From: an uncultured Synergistaceae bacterium
GTDB taxonomy: Bacteria > Synergistota > Synergistia > Synergistales > Aminobacteriaceae
Direction: 5' to 3'
DNA: 64,000 nt
Assembly (NCBI GenBank): GCA_964630155.1
Contig: CAZVUT010000001.1
Coordinates: 34,515-98,514, forward strand
This document shows positions 48,680 to 57,649 of this stretch, piece by piece. A model generated the notes under the pieces. It worked only from the letters and a program-made list of their open reading frames with translations. It searched no databases and was not told the origin of the DNA. A program made the position numbers and the translations under genes. Position 1 is the first letter of the stretch. Every line of letters begins with the position of its first letter.

Positions 48680-49555
48680 TTATTCCTTTTCGTACAGAAT
48701 CGTACCGGCGCCCCAGCGGAATTTTTCCTGAACGAGGCCGAAAAAACGACGATGCGGGAGGACTATCATACGTACATGCTTGTCCTTGGACAGGGAGACT
48801 TCTATCCTGTCGCCGGGAAGAAGTTCATATCCGAGTTGTCCGTCCTGTGTCAGCATCACGTCTCTCGGACTTCCTCTGGGAATGAGGGAAATGACATCCT
48901 TCTCTCCGGCAATGACGGGCCTCGTATAGAGCGTATGGGCGCATATAGGAGCGATCACCATGCAGGGCACGTGCGGAGGAACGATAGGTCCGCCCGCCGA
49001 CAATGCGTATGCCGTCGATCCGGTCGGGGTTGCGACGATGATGCCGTCCGCCGCAATATGCGAAACGAACTCCGAAGCGAATCGGATCTCGATTGTCACC
49101 AGGCGCGCGAAGGCCCCCTTGGAAACGACGAGATCATTCAGCGCAAACATCGTATGAAGGCGCAAATCCTCCCTCCACACCGTCCCCTCAAGCACATGGT
49201 GCGGTTCGATCTCAAAGAGCCCGGAGAGGATTCGCTCGAGATCGGATTCAAATTCTTCGGGCTTTCCGGAAGCAAGGAACCCCATATTCCCAAGATTAAT
49301 TCCATAAAGCGGAACGCCGTGATCGAGCACATAACGACTGGCGCGAAGAAAGGTCCCGTCTCCGCCGATAACGATTCCTGCTTCCACGGTCGTTTTCCAG
49401 ATTTCATCCGAAACCCCTTCGACGCCAAGCACGGAAGCTTCGTGTGGAGGAAGAAGCAGCTGTATGCCCTGCGTTTTCCCCCACGACAGGATGTGCTTCG
49501 CTTTCTGGATCGCCAGTGGTTTTTGGGTATTGACGAGGATTCCCAGTGTTCTCAT
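48680..49555 (-). CDS. nadK: NAD kinase
   Basis: The GGDGTFL motif, NLGNMGFL, and a TPTGSTAY-like segment (ATPTGSTAYALSAGGPI) are present. Confidence 0.95.
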   Translation of the reverse strand: MRTLGILVNTQKPLAIQKAKHILSWGKTQGIQLLLPPHEASVLGVEGVSDEIWKTTVEAGIVIGGDGTFLRASRYVLDHGVPLYGINLGNMGFLASGKPEEFESDLERILSGLFEIEPHHVLEGTVWREDLRLHTMFALNDLVVSKGAFARLVTIEIRFASEFVSHIAADGIIVATPTGSTAYALSAGGPIVPPHVPCMVIAPICAHTLYTRPVIAGEKDVISLIPRGSPRDVMLTQDGQLGYELLPGDRIEVSLSKDKHVRMIVLPHRRFFGLVQEKFRWGAGTILYEKE

Positions 49556-50409
49556 GAATTCTGCGCCTCCCGATCGCCGGCGGGCGAGAGTGTGCGATGC
49601 GCCTCTTCAACGATGGAATTGAAGTCCGTTGGTTCCGTCGAAAGATGCGGGACACGGAGTATATCGAACAAAAACTCGATGTTCCCGCTTGGACCGCGTA
49701 GCGGAGAGAACGTGCATCCGTTCAGCGTCAGGGACGTATTCGTTGAAAGAAACTCCGCAGTTCGCTCGAGAACCGATAGGTGAACAGACGGATCCCGGAC
49801 GACTCCCCCTTTTCCTATCGCCTCGCGCCCGGCTTCAAACTGTGGTTTCACGAGCGCAATCACCCTGCCTTCGACAGAAAGCAGTTTTTCGACGACCGGC
49901 AGAATGATGCGGAGAGAGATGAACGAAACGTCAATGGTCACAAGATCCAGCGCAGCTTCGAACGCGTGAGGCGTCAGCGTGCGTGCATTCGTTCGTTCCA
50001 TGACCACGACGTTCGGATTGGTGCGAAGCGACCATGCAAGCTGTCCATACCCGACATCGACTGCGTAGACCTTCCGGGCGCCTCGTGAAAGCAAGACTTC
50101 CGTAAAGCCGCCGGTCGACGCGCCGACATCCGCGCACAAGAACCCCGCCGGATCGATTGAAAATACGTCCAGCGCCCTGATGAGTTTGTGCGCCCCTCTG
50201 CTTACCCATTGTTTTTCCGGGAGAGAGACGGAAATCAAGCAGTCGGGGTCTACGGATTCTCCCGCTTTCGTGACGATATCTCCATTGACCAGAACACGGC
50301 CTTCGAGCACAAACGCCTGTGCGTGCACCCGAGAAGCGACGAGTCCCCTAGAGACAAGCAATCGGTCTATTCGTTCTTTCTTTTTCGAGCGAATACGCGG
50401 CCACCACAC
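49552..50409 (-). CDS. tlyA: TlyA-family rRNA 2'-O-ribose methyltransferase (haemolysin A-like)
   Basis: It has an S4 domain (RIDRLLVSRGLVASR) and an FtsJ-like methyltransferase domain (DVGASTGGFTEVLL). The GTG start at 50409 overlaps the dxs end by 62 nt. Confidence 0.9.
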   Translation of the reverse strand: MWWPRIRSKKKERIDRLLVSRGLVASRVHAQAFVLEGRVLVNGDIVTKAGESVDPDCLISVSLPEKQWVSRGAHKLIRALDVFSIDPAGFLCADVGASTGGFTEVLLSRGARKVYAVDVGYGQLAWSLRTNPNVVVMERTNARTLTPHAFEAALDLVTIDVSFISLRIILPVVEKLLSVEGRVIALVKPQFEAGREAIGKGGVVRDPSVHLSVLERTAEFLSTNTSLTLNGCTFSPLRGPSGNIEFLFDILRVPHLSTEPTDFNSIVEEAHRTLSPAGDREAQNS

Positions 50410-52243
50410 TTTCAGCGGTCATACCGCAGAAAACGCGCTGTTTTTCAACGCTTCCATGCGGAATGAACGCATCGGGAACTCCCATTCTGATGACACGCGC
50501 CGCCGATCCCAGATCCGAGGCGAGGCTCGAAATAGCTTCTCCGGCTCCCGAGATTGTAAAGCCGTCCTCCAGAACCACGACTCTGTCGTGCCCGAGCAGC
50601 ACACGTGAGAGCACAGCTTCGTCGAGAGGCTTGATTTGCCGCAGATCGACAACTGTCGGCGCCGGGAGTCCCTGTTTCATCGCCAGGGTTCGCGCTTCGA
50701 GGAGAATGGGCAGCGTTGACCCGTATCCGATGAGAGCCCACTCCTCTCCCGAATAAAGGACTTCCGGCCCGATATGGTCGACATTGACGGGCAGAGAGGA
50801 ACGACAGAGTGATTGAGGCGCTGTCCCGCGCGAATACCGGATCATCGTGGGTCCGGTCCGCCGAAGTGCGTTCCGAAACATGACATCCAGATCATCGACG
50901 TCTCGCGGGGCGAGAAGAGCCATATTCGGAATCGAACGTCCCCACGAAACATCAAGAACACCCTGATGCGTTTCTCCGTCCTCGCCTATCAAGCCGGCGC
51001 GGTCCACAGCGCAGACAACCGGAAGATTCTGCATGGCTATGTCATGGACAAGTTGGTCCATCGCGCGTTGCAGAAAGGTCGAATAGATGAAGACGAAGGG
51101 CCGAAGTCCCCCTGCGGCCATCCCGGCGGCCATTGTCATCAGGTGTTCCTCGGCGATGCCGACATCGTAAAAACGATTCGGGAAGCGTTCTTCGAACGCA
51201 TTGAGTTTCGAACCGTCTTTCATCGCAGCGGTAAGACATACGATGCGTTTGTCTTTTTCAGCCATCCGGATAAGGGCTTCGCCTGCGGCGGCGCTCCAGG
51301 AAATCCCGGCCGTCGCCGTGATCGTTCCGCCCTTTGCGTCCTGCAAGGGTGAAAGGCCGTGGAACCGCGTCGGTTGTTCTTCCGCTTTCTGGTATCCCTT
51401 CCCTTTTTTTGTCAGAACGTGTATAAGAACCGGCTTGTCATATCTTTTCGCCATTTCGAGAACCGTCTCGATTTCGAGAACGTTATGACCATCAAATGGC
51501 CCCCAGTAATTGATATCCAATTCATCGAAAATGTTTTCCGGTTTCACCATGCTCTTGATCTGGTCTTTCATTCGGGACACCACGTGTTCCAGCGCCTCGC
51601 CCTTCGGCATGGAGTGAAACGAATCCTTTATCGCCTTTTTGAGCCATCCGTATGTCGTGCTTGAACTCAGGCGGGCAAGTTGGGTGGCGAATCCGCCGAT
51701 ACGCGGGCTTATCGACATCGTATTGTCGTTCAGGACGAAGATCACCTTCGTCTTCGCTTCTTTGGTGTAGTTGAGCGCTTCGAAAGCCATTCCGTTCATG
51801 AGCGAAGCGTCGCCTATGACGGCGACGACGTGATGGTCCTGGCCAAGGATGTCTCGCGCCTTCGCGAAGCCGAGAGCTGCGGACAAAGACGTGCTGCTGT
51901 GTCCTGCTTCGAAATGATCGAACGGACTTTCCGCTCGTTTCGGAAACCCGCTGATGCCTCCCCATGTCCGGAGCGTTGGGAAACGATCGCGCCTGCCCGT
52001 CAGGATTTTGTACGCATACATTTGATGCCCGACGTCAAAAACGATCTTGTCCGCAGCAGGATCGAATTTTCGAAGAAGAGCTATGGTCAGCTCAACGGTC
52101 CCGAGAGACGAAGCCAGATGTCCGCCATTTCTGGTGACGACCGATATGATGAGTTCCCTCACATCTTCGGCGATCCGGTCGATGGACTCCCTCGAAAGGT
52201 TTGCGAGATCCTTGTACGACGCGTATTTATCGAGCAGATTCAC
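50348..52243 (-). CDS. dxs: 1-deoxy-D-xylulose-5-phosphate synthase
   Basis: 631 aa with GGHLASSLGTVELT, VGHQMYAYKILTGRR, the ThDP motif GDASLMNGMAFEALN, and DRAGLIGEDGETHQG. Confidence 0.97.
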   Translation of the reverse strand: MNLLDKYASYKDLANLSRESIDRIAEDVRELIISVVTRNGGHLASSLGTVELTIALLRKFDPAADKIVFDVGHQMYAYKILTGRRDRFPTLRTWGGISGFPKRAESPFDHFEAGHSSTSLSAALGFAKARDILGQDHHVVAVIGDASLMNGMAFEALNYTKEAKTKVIFVLNDNTMSISPRIGGFATQLARLSSSTTYGWLKKAIKDSFHSMPKGEALEHVVSRMKDQIKSMVKPENIFDELDINYWGPFDGHNVLEIETVLEMAKRYDKPVLIHVLTKKGKGYQKAEEQPTRFHGLSPLQDAKGGTITATAGISWSAAAGEALIRMAEKDKRIVCLTAAMKDGSKLNAFEERFPNRFYDVGIAEEHLMTMAAGMAAGGLRPFVFIYSTFLQRAMDQLVHDIAMQNLPVVCAVDRAGLIGEDGETHQGVLDVSWGRSIPNMALLAPRDVDDLDVMFRNALRRTGPTMIRYSRGTAPQSLCRSSLPVNVDHIGPEVLYSGEEWALIGYGSTLPILLEARTLAMKQGLPAPTVVDLRQIKPLDEAVLSRVLLGHDRVVVLEDGFTISGAGEAISSLASDLGSAARVIRMGVPDAFIPHGSVEKQRVFCGMTAESVVAAYSLEKERTNRPIACL

Positions 52244-52279
52244 TCGCTGTCGTCCTCCTTTCGGACGTATCCGGGCCGA

Positions 52280-53188
52280 TCAGTGATGGCGATGCGTCAA
52301 ATGCGCTGCCAGGTCTTTGAGAAACCAAATATCGTCGCCGCAACGTGATAGAGCTTCAATGGCCTTTTCGCTTTCGGATTGCGCGATTCTTTTAGCGCCT
52401 TCAAGACCATACGAAGCGACGAACGTCCGTTTGCCCTGTTCCGCATCCTTGCCTGGGGTCTTTCCGAGTTCTTCCGCGCTGGATGTGACGTCAAGTATAT
52501 CGTCTACCACCTGAAACGCAATGCCGAGGTGCATACCGTACTCCCCTATCGCGCTTCGCACGTCTGGATCCGCGTGGGCGAGAATGGCCCCGCTCAGAAC
52601 CGACGCCTGAATGAGCACCGCAGTCTTTTGCCCGGCTATTCGCCGGACAAAGTCAACTTCATCCGACTGGCTCTCCGGATCCGTGTCCAGCACCTGCCCG
52701 CCGCAAATTCCCGCGATTCCCGCAGCTTCGGCAAAGACTCGCAAGGCCTCGATCACGTCGGAAGGATCGTTCCCGAGCCGCACGAGCTCTTTGAGCGGGT
52801 ACGAAAATCCCCAGACAAGCAGACCGTCGCCGGCAAGTATCGCGAGCGATTCTCCGAAAAGGACGTGATTTGTTGGTTTTCCGCGTCGCAGGGTGTCGTC
52901 GTCCATCGCCGGAAGGTCGTCGTGGATCAGGGAGGCGGTGTGTATCATCTCGAGTGCAAGCGCCATCGGCATCACTCGTTGAGGCGTGACAGAGAGCATC
53001 TCCGCTACAGCGAGACAAAGCACCGGACGCAGGCGTTTCCCTCCCGCGAGAAGGGAATACGTCACGGAATCCCAGAGTCGCGGCGGGACATCGGGAGAAC
53101 GGTGCGAACAGAGATCTCGCAGGTTGTCGTCTACAAGATCGGCAAGACGGCGCATGTTTGCGGAGAGGCGGGACGGTGTTTCGTTCAT
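52280..53188 (-). CDS. ispA: Polyprenyl (farnesyl/geranylgeranyl) diphosphate synthase
   Basis: The first Asp-rich motif is LIHDDLPAMDDDTLRRG. The second is FQVVDDILD. Confidence 0.9.
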   Translation of the reverse strand: MNETPSRLSANMRRLADLVDDNLRDLCSHRSPDVPPRLWDSVTYSLLAGGKRLRPVLCLAVAEMLSVTPQRVMPMALALEMIHTASLIHDDLPAMDDDTLRRGKPTNHVLFGESLAILAGDGLLVWGFSYPLKELVRLGNDPSDVIEALRVFAEAAGIAGICGGQVLDTDPESQSDEVDFVRRIAGQKTAVLIQASVLSGAILAHADPDVRSAIGEYGMHLGIAFQVVDDILDVTSSAEELGKTPGKDAEQGKRTFVASYGLEGAKRIAQSESEKAIEALSRCGDDIWFLKDLAAHLTHRHH

Positions 53189-53412
53189 AGGTTTTCTCCC
53201 GTCTCTCCGGCGGCGGAAACGAAAGGAACGTGTTTCCCTTCCGGTGTCAGAAGGGAAATCTTCTGACGCGCCGTATCAAGATGCCGTTGACATTCGTCGA
53301 CGAGGCTGACGCCTGTTTCAAACAGACATATAGCGTCGTCCAGCGACAACGATTCCTTTTCAAGCTGCGCGACGACGTCTTCAAGACGTGACATATTCTC
53401 CGAAAAGGACAT
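53185..53412 (-). CDS. xseB: Exodeoxyribonuclease VII small subunit
   Basis: [48 protein letters not shown] 53412 lies 6 nt after AAGGAGGAA. ATG 53442 is an alternative start. Confidence 0.85.
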   Translation of the reverse strand: MSFSENMSRLEDVVAQLEKESLSLDDAICLFETGVSLVDECQRHLDTARQKISLLTPEGKHVPFVSAAGETGENL

Positions 53413-53450
53413 TGAGGGTTCCTCCTTCTGGAATTCATGCATTTCAGGGC

Positions 53451-53479
53451 TTACCCGATCCGGTAGATTATGATAAAAT
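53451..53479 (+). promoter_or_regulatory. Candidate extended -10 promoter for rpmB
   Basis: TTACCC (53451-53456), a 17-nt spacer ending in TGA, then TAAAAT (53474-53479), giving TGnTAAAAT. Confidence 0.45.
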
Positions 53480-53522
53480 CCGCTCGTTTGGACATTATAC
53501 GAAAAAGGGAGGGAAAATGCTC

Positions 53523-53717
53523 ATGGCTCGAGTATGCGAATGTTGCGGTCGCGGTCCCGCTACGGGAAACGCGGTCAGTCATTCGAATCGCCATACACGG
53601 AGACGATGGCTTGTAAACCTTCGTAGTGTGAAGGTCGATGTCGGAGCGGGAGAAGCCCGTCGGATGCGGATCTGCTCCCGATGCCTTCGTTCTTCAAGAG
53701 TGAAGCGGGCGGTATAA
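53523..53717 (+). CDS. rpmB: 50S ribosomal protein L28
   Basis: [38 protein letters not shown]. The RBS is AAGGGAGGG. ATG 53517 is an alternative start. The long ORF from 53388 is an upstream artefact. Confidence 0.9.
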   Translation: MARVCECCGRGPATGNAVSHSNRHTRRRWLVNLRSVKVDVGAGEARRMRICSRCLRSSRVKRAV

Positions 53718-53733
53718 TCGCCCGCTTTTTTTC
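53703..53733 (+). terminator. Intrinsic terminator of rpmB
   Basis: AGCGGGCG (53704-53711), loop GTATAAT, CGCCCGCT (53719-53726), then TTTTTTT. The rpmB stop codon lies in the loop. Confidence 0.8.
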
Positions 53734-53770
53734 TGCCCTCGAATTTCGCCCCGTAACGCAGCTTCCTTCA

Positions 53771-56032
53771 TTATTCGCCTGCGGCGTCCCGAAGAATTTC
53801 GAAAGCACGCTCTTCATCCACAAGGATTTCTCTTGGCTTCGATCCTTCCGGCGGACCGACGATCCCAAGCTGTTCCAGCGTATCGATCAGCCTCGACGCT
53901 CGCGTGAATCCGACCCGAAGCTGACGCTGGAGTCTGCTTGCCGACGCGATCCCCGTTTCGACAATGATGCGCGTGGCTTCCTCTAGCAACGGGTCATCTG
54001 TAAAACTCGCATCGGTTCCGTTTCCGCTTCCGTTCTCCTGGTCCTCGATATCAACATAGTCGGGTTCGCCGAAGACCGCGATGAGGGAATTGATGAGCGC
54101 AAGGGTTTTGTCCTCGTCGATAAATGGAGACTGCAATCGGATCGGGCGAGGGTGCTTCGTGCTCGTGAAAAGCATATCCCCTTTGCCGAGAAGGCGTTCC
54201 GCGCCGGACGCATCGATTATCGTGCGGGAGTCGGTCTGAGACGGCAGGGAAAAAGCGACACGGGCAGGAATGTTGGCCTTGATCAGGCCCGTAATAACGT
54301 TGACGGATGGGCGCTGTGTCGCAAGGACCAGATGTATGCCCGTCGCCCGCGCCATTTGCGCCAGACGGCACGCGTAATCCTCGACCTCTTTCGGGGATGT
54401 GAACATGAGATCCGCAAGTTCGTCGACAACGATGACGATGGAGGGAAGACGGTCCTTCGGAAGGACGTGTTCGTTATAGGTTTCCAGATTCCGGACGCGC
54501 GCCGCCGCGAACCTCTCATATCGGGATTCCATTTCGCGTACGGCCCAGGCGAGGGCCAGAACCGCTTTTTTCGCGGACACGACGGGCTTCGTCAGCATGT
54601 GCGGAAGGTGTTCGTATATGCTGAATTCGACCCGTTTCGGATCGACGAGCAGAAAACGGAGTTCCGCCGGCGTCCGACAGGCGCAGAGTCCGTTGATGCA
54701 GGCATTGACGAAAACGCTCTTCCCGGACCCCGTTGTTCCTGCTACGAGGAGATGAGGTAGCTCTTCCAGACCTATGACCAGGGCTCTCGAATCGATCCTC
54801 ACTCCCATCGGGAGCGGAAGGCGAAACTCCGTGTTCTGGAATGAAGAGGACTCAAGGATCGTTCGAAGGGAAATCCCCTGGCGCCTCGGATTAGGAATTT
54901 CAACGCCGACAAAGGGTTTGCCCGGAATGGGAGCTTCCACACGCAACGCAGGTACGGCCAGAGTCAGCGCCAGATCGTTTGCGAGGCCGGATATCCGGCT
55001 GACCTTGATTCCGGGTGCGAGTTGGAGTTGAAACTGGACGACCGTCGGACCGATGATGGTTTCCACCAGTTCGGCTTCAACTCCGAAGTTCGTAAGGGTG
55101 GATATTATTGACATTCCCTGGGCGAACACCGTTTCTGATTGTTCTGTTGGTACGGGAGGAGTCGAAGGTCCGAAAATGTCGAGCGGTGGCGGGAAACCGA
55201 CATCCACATTCCCATTCGATGAGAAATCTTCAGCAGTCTCGAATACCGGTTCCGGAATCGCTCCGTCCGAGGAAAACGATTCTCCCGGGAGAGAAGCCGG
55301 ATTCTGTTTCGGTTCCTCAGTAGGAGCGTCAGGTTCGTTCCATTCGGAATCTACGGAATGATCGACTTCATCAGCGTTATCGGGGGAGTTTTCGCTACCC
55401 CGCTGCGGTGTTTCGGCCTTCCCGTCCTGCTCACAGACGGGGGGTTCCGGTTGAGGAAGAGGAACGAGATTGGCCATCCGGACGAAAAGGGTTTTTGCGC
55501 CCGACATGACGGTACGGGGATCGAAAAGTCCGTACAACATCGAAGAAGCGGATACGGCCACGAATCCTATGAGAACGCTTCCAAACGCCCCGCAATTCCT
55601 GAGAAAGAAAGACGATAGAAGCGATCCGAAATCGCCCGGATAAAAAAGAGGATACTTCCAGATTGTTCCGGACGCTTGAAGAAGCCCGAGCAAAAAGGAA
55701 CTCGTCACAAACAAAAGCAACGTTGCAACAGTTTGATAAAAAAAACGGTGAATTGATCTTTTAAAAAAAATAGACATCAAAATAAAAAATATAAAAAAAC
55801 AAGGAATTATGACTGCACCGCTGAAACGAGAAATAAGAAGGGAGGAAATATTCTTCCCCCATATTCCGGTCCATGGAGTCATGAGCGAAGCCAGAACGTA
55901 GACGCTTCCGGAGAGGAGAAGGAAAATAATCGCCTCGACAGCCGGCCAGAAGGCTCCGGTTGAGCTATTCGATCGTTGCGCGCCATTTTTCCTTCTTGGA
56001 GAAGGGACGGGAGTTTCCGTATTTCGCGCCAT
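53771..56032 (-). CDS. ftsK: DNA translocase FtsK/SpoIIIE
   Basis: 753 aa with N-terminal TM helices and an acidic, P-rich linker. The motor domain has Walker A (GTTGSGKS) and Walker B (IVIVVDELADLM). A C-terminal gamma winged helix is present (ASRLQRQLRVGFTRASRLID). Confidence 0.95.
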   Translation of the reverse strand: MARNTETPVPSPRRKNGAQRSNSSTGAFWPAVEAIIFLLLSGSVYVLASLMTPWTGIWGKNISSLLISRFSGAVIIPCFFIFFILMSIFFKRSIHRFFYQTVATLLLFVTSSFLLGLLQASGTIWKYPLFYPGDFGSLLSSFFLRNCGAFGSVLIGFVAVSASSMLYGLFDPRTVMSGAKTLFVRMANLVPLPQPEPPVCEQDGKAETPQRGSENSPDNADEVDHSVDSEWNEPDAPTEEPKQNPASLPGESFSSDGAIPEPVFETAEDFSSNGNVDVGFPPPLDIFGPSTPPVPTEQSETVFAQGMSIISTLTNFGVEAELVETIIGPTVVQFQLQLAPGIKVSRISGLANDLALTLAVPALRVEAPIPGKPFVGVEIPNPRRQGISLRTILESSSFQNTEFRLPLPMGVRIDSRALVIGLEELPHLLVAGTTGSGKSVFVNACINGLCACRTPAELRFLLVDPKRVEFSIYEHLPHMLTKPVVSAKKAVLALAWAVREMESRYERFAAARVRNLETYNEHVLPKDRLPSIVIVVDELADLMFTSPKEVEDYACRLAQMARATGIHLVLATQRPSVNVITGLIKANIPARVAFSLPSQTDSRTIIDASGAERLLGKGDMLFTSTKHPRPIRLQSPFIDEDKTLALINSLIAVFGEPDYVDIEDQENGSGNGTDASFTDDPLLEEATRIIVETGIASASRLQRQLRVGFTRASRLIDTLEQLGIVGPPEGSKPREILVDEERAFEILRDAAGE

Positions 56033-56036
56033 TCCG

Positions 56037-57425
56037 TCACTCCCCTCCTACGATAAGGTCCGGTATGAGCAGAGCGGGTTGTCCATCGGAAACAGGAACA
56101 TCCTGTCCGTCTTTTCCGCAATAACCGGGGAATATTTCCATATCGGCGCCGACTCCGGCGATGGACTGCAAAATTTGCGGGCCATTTCCGACCAGAAGCG
56201 CACCGCGAATGGGATGCCCGATCGTTCCGTTCAGAACCCGGAATCCCTCGGTAACCTGAAACACAAAATCGCCTGTAGTCGGATCGACCTCTCCTCCGCC
56301 GAGTCGGGTGACGTATAATCCAGAATCCATATCCTGCATGAGACCCCGTTCAGTTTCTTTCCCCGGAAGAAGAATAGTTGCGCTCATCCTCGGGATCGGC
56401 GGATGGCGGAACGAGGCCCGTCGTCCGTTTCCGCTGAGAGGAAGGCGCATCCTGGCGGATGTGTCCCGGTCCGTAAGGTATGTTTTCAGGACGCCATTAT
56501 CAATGAGGAGCGTTCTCTTCGCCTCCGTCCCTTCATCATCGAATCGGTAACCGCCGAAGACCGCCGGTAATGTGGGATCGTCGACAATAGAAACCTTCGG
56601 TGAAGCGACGGCCGTTCCAATCTTGTCGCGAAAGGCGGAGAAATCCTTCATGATGATATCGGCTTCGAGTCCATGTCCGCATGCCTCGTGAATCATCGTC
56701 CCTCCGGTTCGTCCCGAAAGCAAAACCGGAAAATGACCTGCCGGACATTTTGGCGCTGTGAGAAGCATAACGGCCCGTTCGAGAACGATTGCGGCTCTGC
56801 GGGAAAGATCATTATCCCGAAGGAAACACGTCTGACCGACAGCGCCTGCGACGAGGTCCGAAGCTGTCTGGGCGCCGTTTCCATCGGAAACGGTGATGTG
56901 TATGGAAAAAGAAGTCCCTGTGGTCGTATCATTCCGGATACATCCGCTTTCCGGACAGACGAGCTTTTCTTTCGTTCCGGTGTCGAAACGAAGCGAAACT
57001 TGTCTGACAAGAGTGGACGCCGAACGAAGCATCGCGTCGATGTCGCGCAATAAAGAAGGAAATTCATTCGGGAGAGGCTCTCTCTCGTCGAAGATCGGAT
57101 CGCCGCCTGTTCCCGAAAAATACGCAGACGGCCGATTTGAAACGGCTGCATTGCGTATTTCGTTCATGCATGAGAGAGCGCTGGAAATGGTTGCACCGGA
57201 ACGGAACGAGATCGATGAACCGGGGAAATTCCGGTTGACCGTTCGGAACGCTACTCCGCTCGATATGGACGAGATGCTTTCGACAATTTTCGAATCTTCC
57301 AGAAGCCAGGAATGGTATTCTTTTTGTTCCGCGTACAGGTCGCTCGCGAGAACAGTCTCGGATTCGCCGAAACGCAGTGAGTCAAAGATATCTGCGGCCC
57401 GTTGAGAGACCGTCATTGCATCCAC
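56037..57425 (-). CDS. tldD: TldD-family metalloprotease
   Basis: 462 aa of the TldD/PmbA fold, with the HExxxH motif HEACGHGLEAD characteristic of TldD rather than PmbA/TldE. Confidence 0.85.
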   Translation of the reverse strand: MDAMTVSQRAADIFDSLRFGESETVLASDLYAEQKEYHSWLLEDSKIVESISSISSGVAFRTVNRNFPGSSISFRSGATISSALSCMNEIRNAAVSNRPSAYFSGTGGDPIFDEREPLPNEFPSLLRDIDAMLRSASTLVRQVSLRFDTGTKEKLVCPESGCIRNDTTTGTSFSIHITVSDGNGAQTASDLVAGAVGQTCFLRDNDLSRRAAIVLERAVMLLTAPKCPAGHFPVLLSGRTGGTMIHEACGHGLEADIIMKDFSAFRDKIGTAVASPKVSIVDDPTLPAVFGGYRFDDEGTEAKRTLLIDNGVLKTYLTDRDTSARMRLPLSGNGRRASFRHPPIPRMSATILLPGKETERGLMQDMDSGLYVTRLGGGEVDPTTGDFVFQVTEGFRVLNGTIGHPIRGALLVGNGPQILQSIAGVGADMEIFPGYCGKDGQDVPVSDGQPALLIPDLIVGGE

Positions 57426-57640
57426 CAGGAGACAATCGGGAAGCCTTCTTCGCGCAGCGCGGACAGAAGGGTTTCATACCGGCGTACGGCTTCGGGCAGG
57501 CAATACAGAGATACAATTCCCGCCTTTGCGTTTTCTGTCGTGACATAGCCAGTGTTGTCGCAGTCGGAAACGATCCAGCTCAGAAGTGTGACGCCGGATG
57601 GAGATTCGAGATGCACGGTAATGGGAATAAAGTCATCCAT
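57413..57640 (-). CDS. Hypothetical 75-aa protein
   Basis: The ORF fills the gap between mltG (9 nt upstream) and tldD, overlapping the tldD start by 13 nt. It has no recognisable motif. Tight packing in a co-directional operon is the only support. Confidence 0.4.
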   Translation of the reverse strand: MDDFIPITVHLESPSGVTLLSWIVSDCDNTGYVTTENAKAGIVSLYCLPEAVRRYETLLSALREEGFPIVSWWMQ

Positions 57641-57649
57641 AAAACTGTT

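Noticed and set aside
48506-49783. 425-aa plus-strand ORF
   Set aside because: It runs antisense across the recN 5' end, all of nadK and part of tlyA, which are all well-supported genes. The product is Arg/Gly/Ser-rich with no motif. Long antisense ORFs like this are typical of GC-rich coding DNA.
52379-53266. 295-aa plus-strand ORF
   Set aside because: It is antisense to ispA/xseB and has no recognisable motif. Same reasoning as above.
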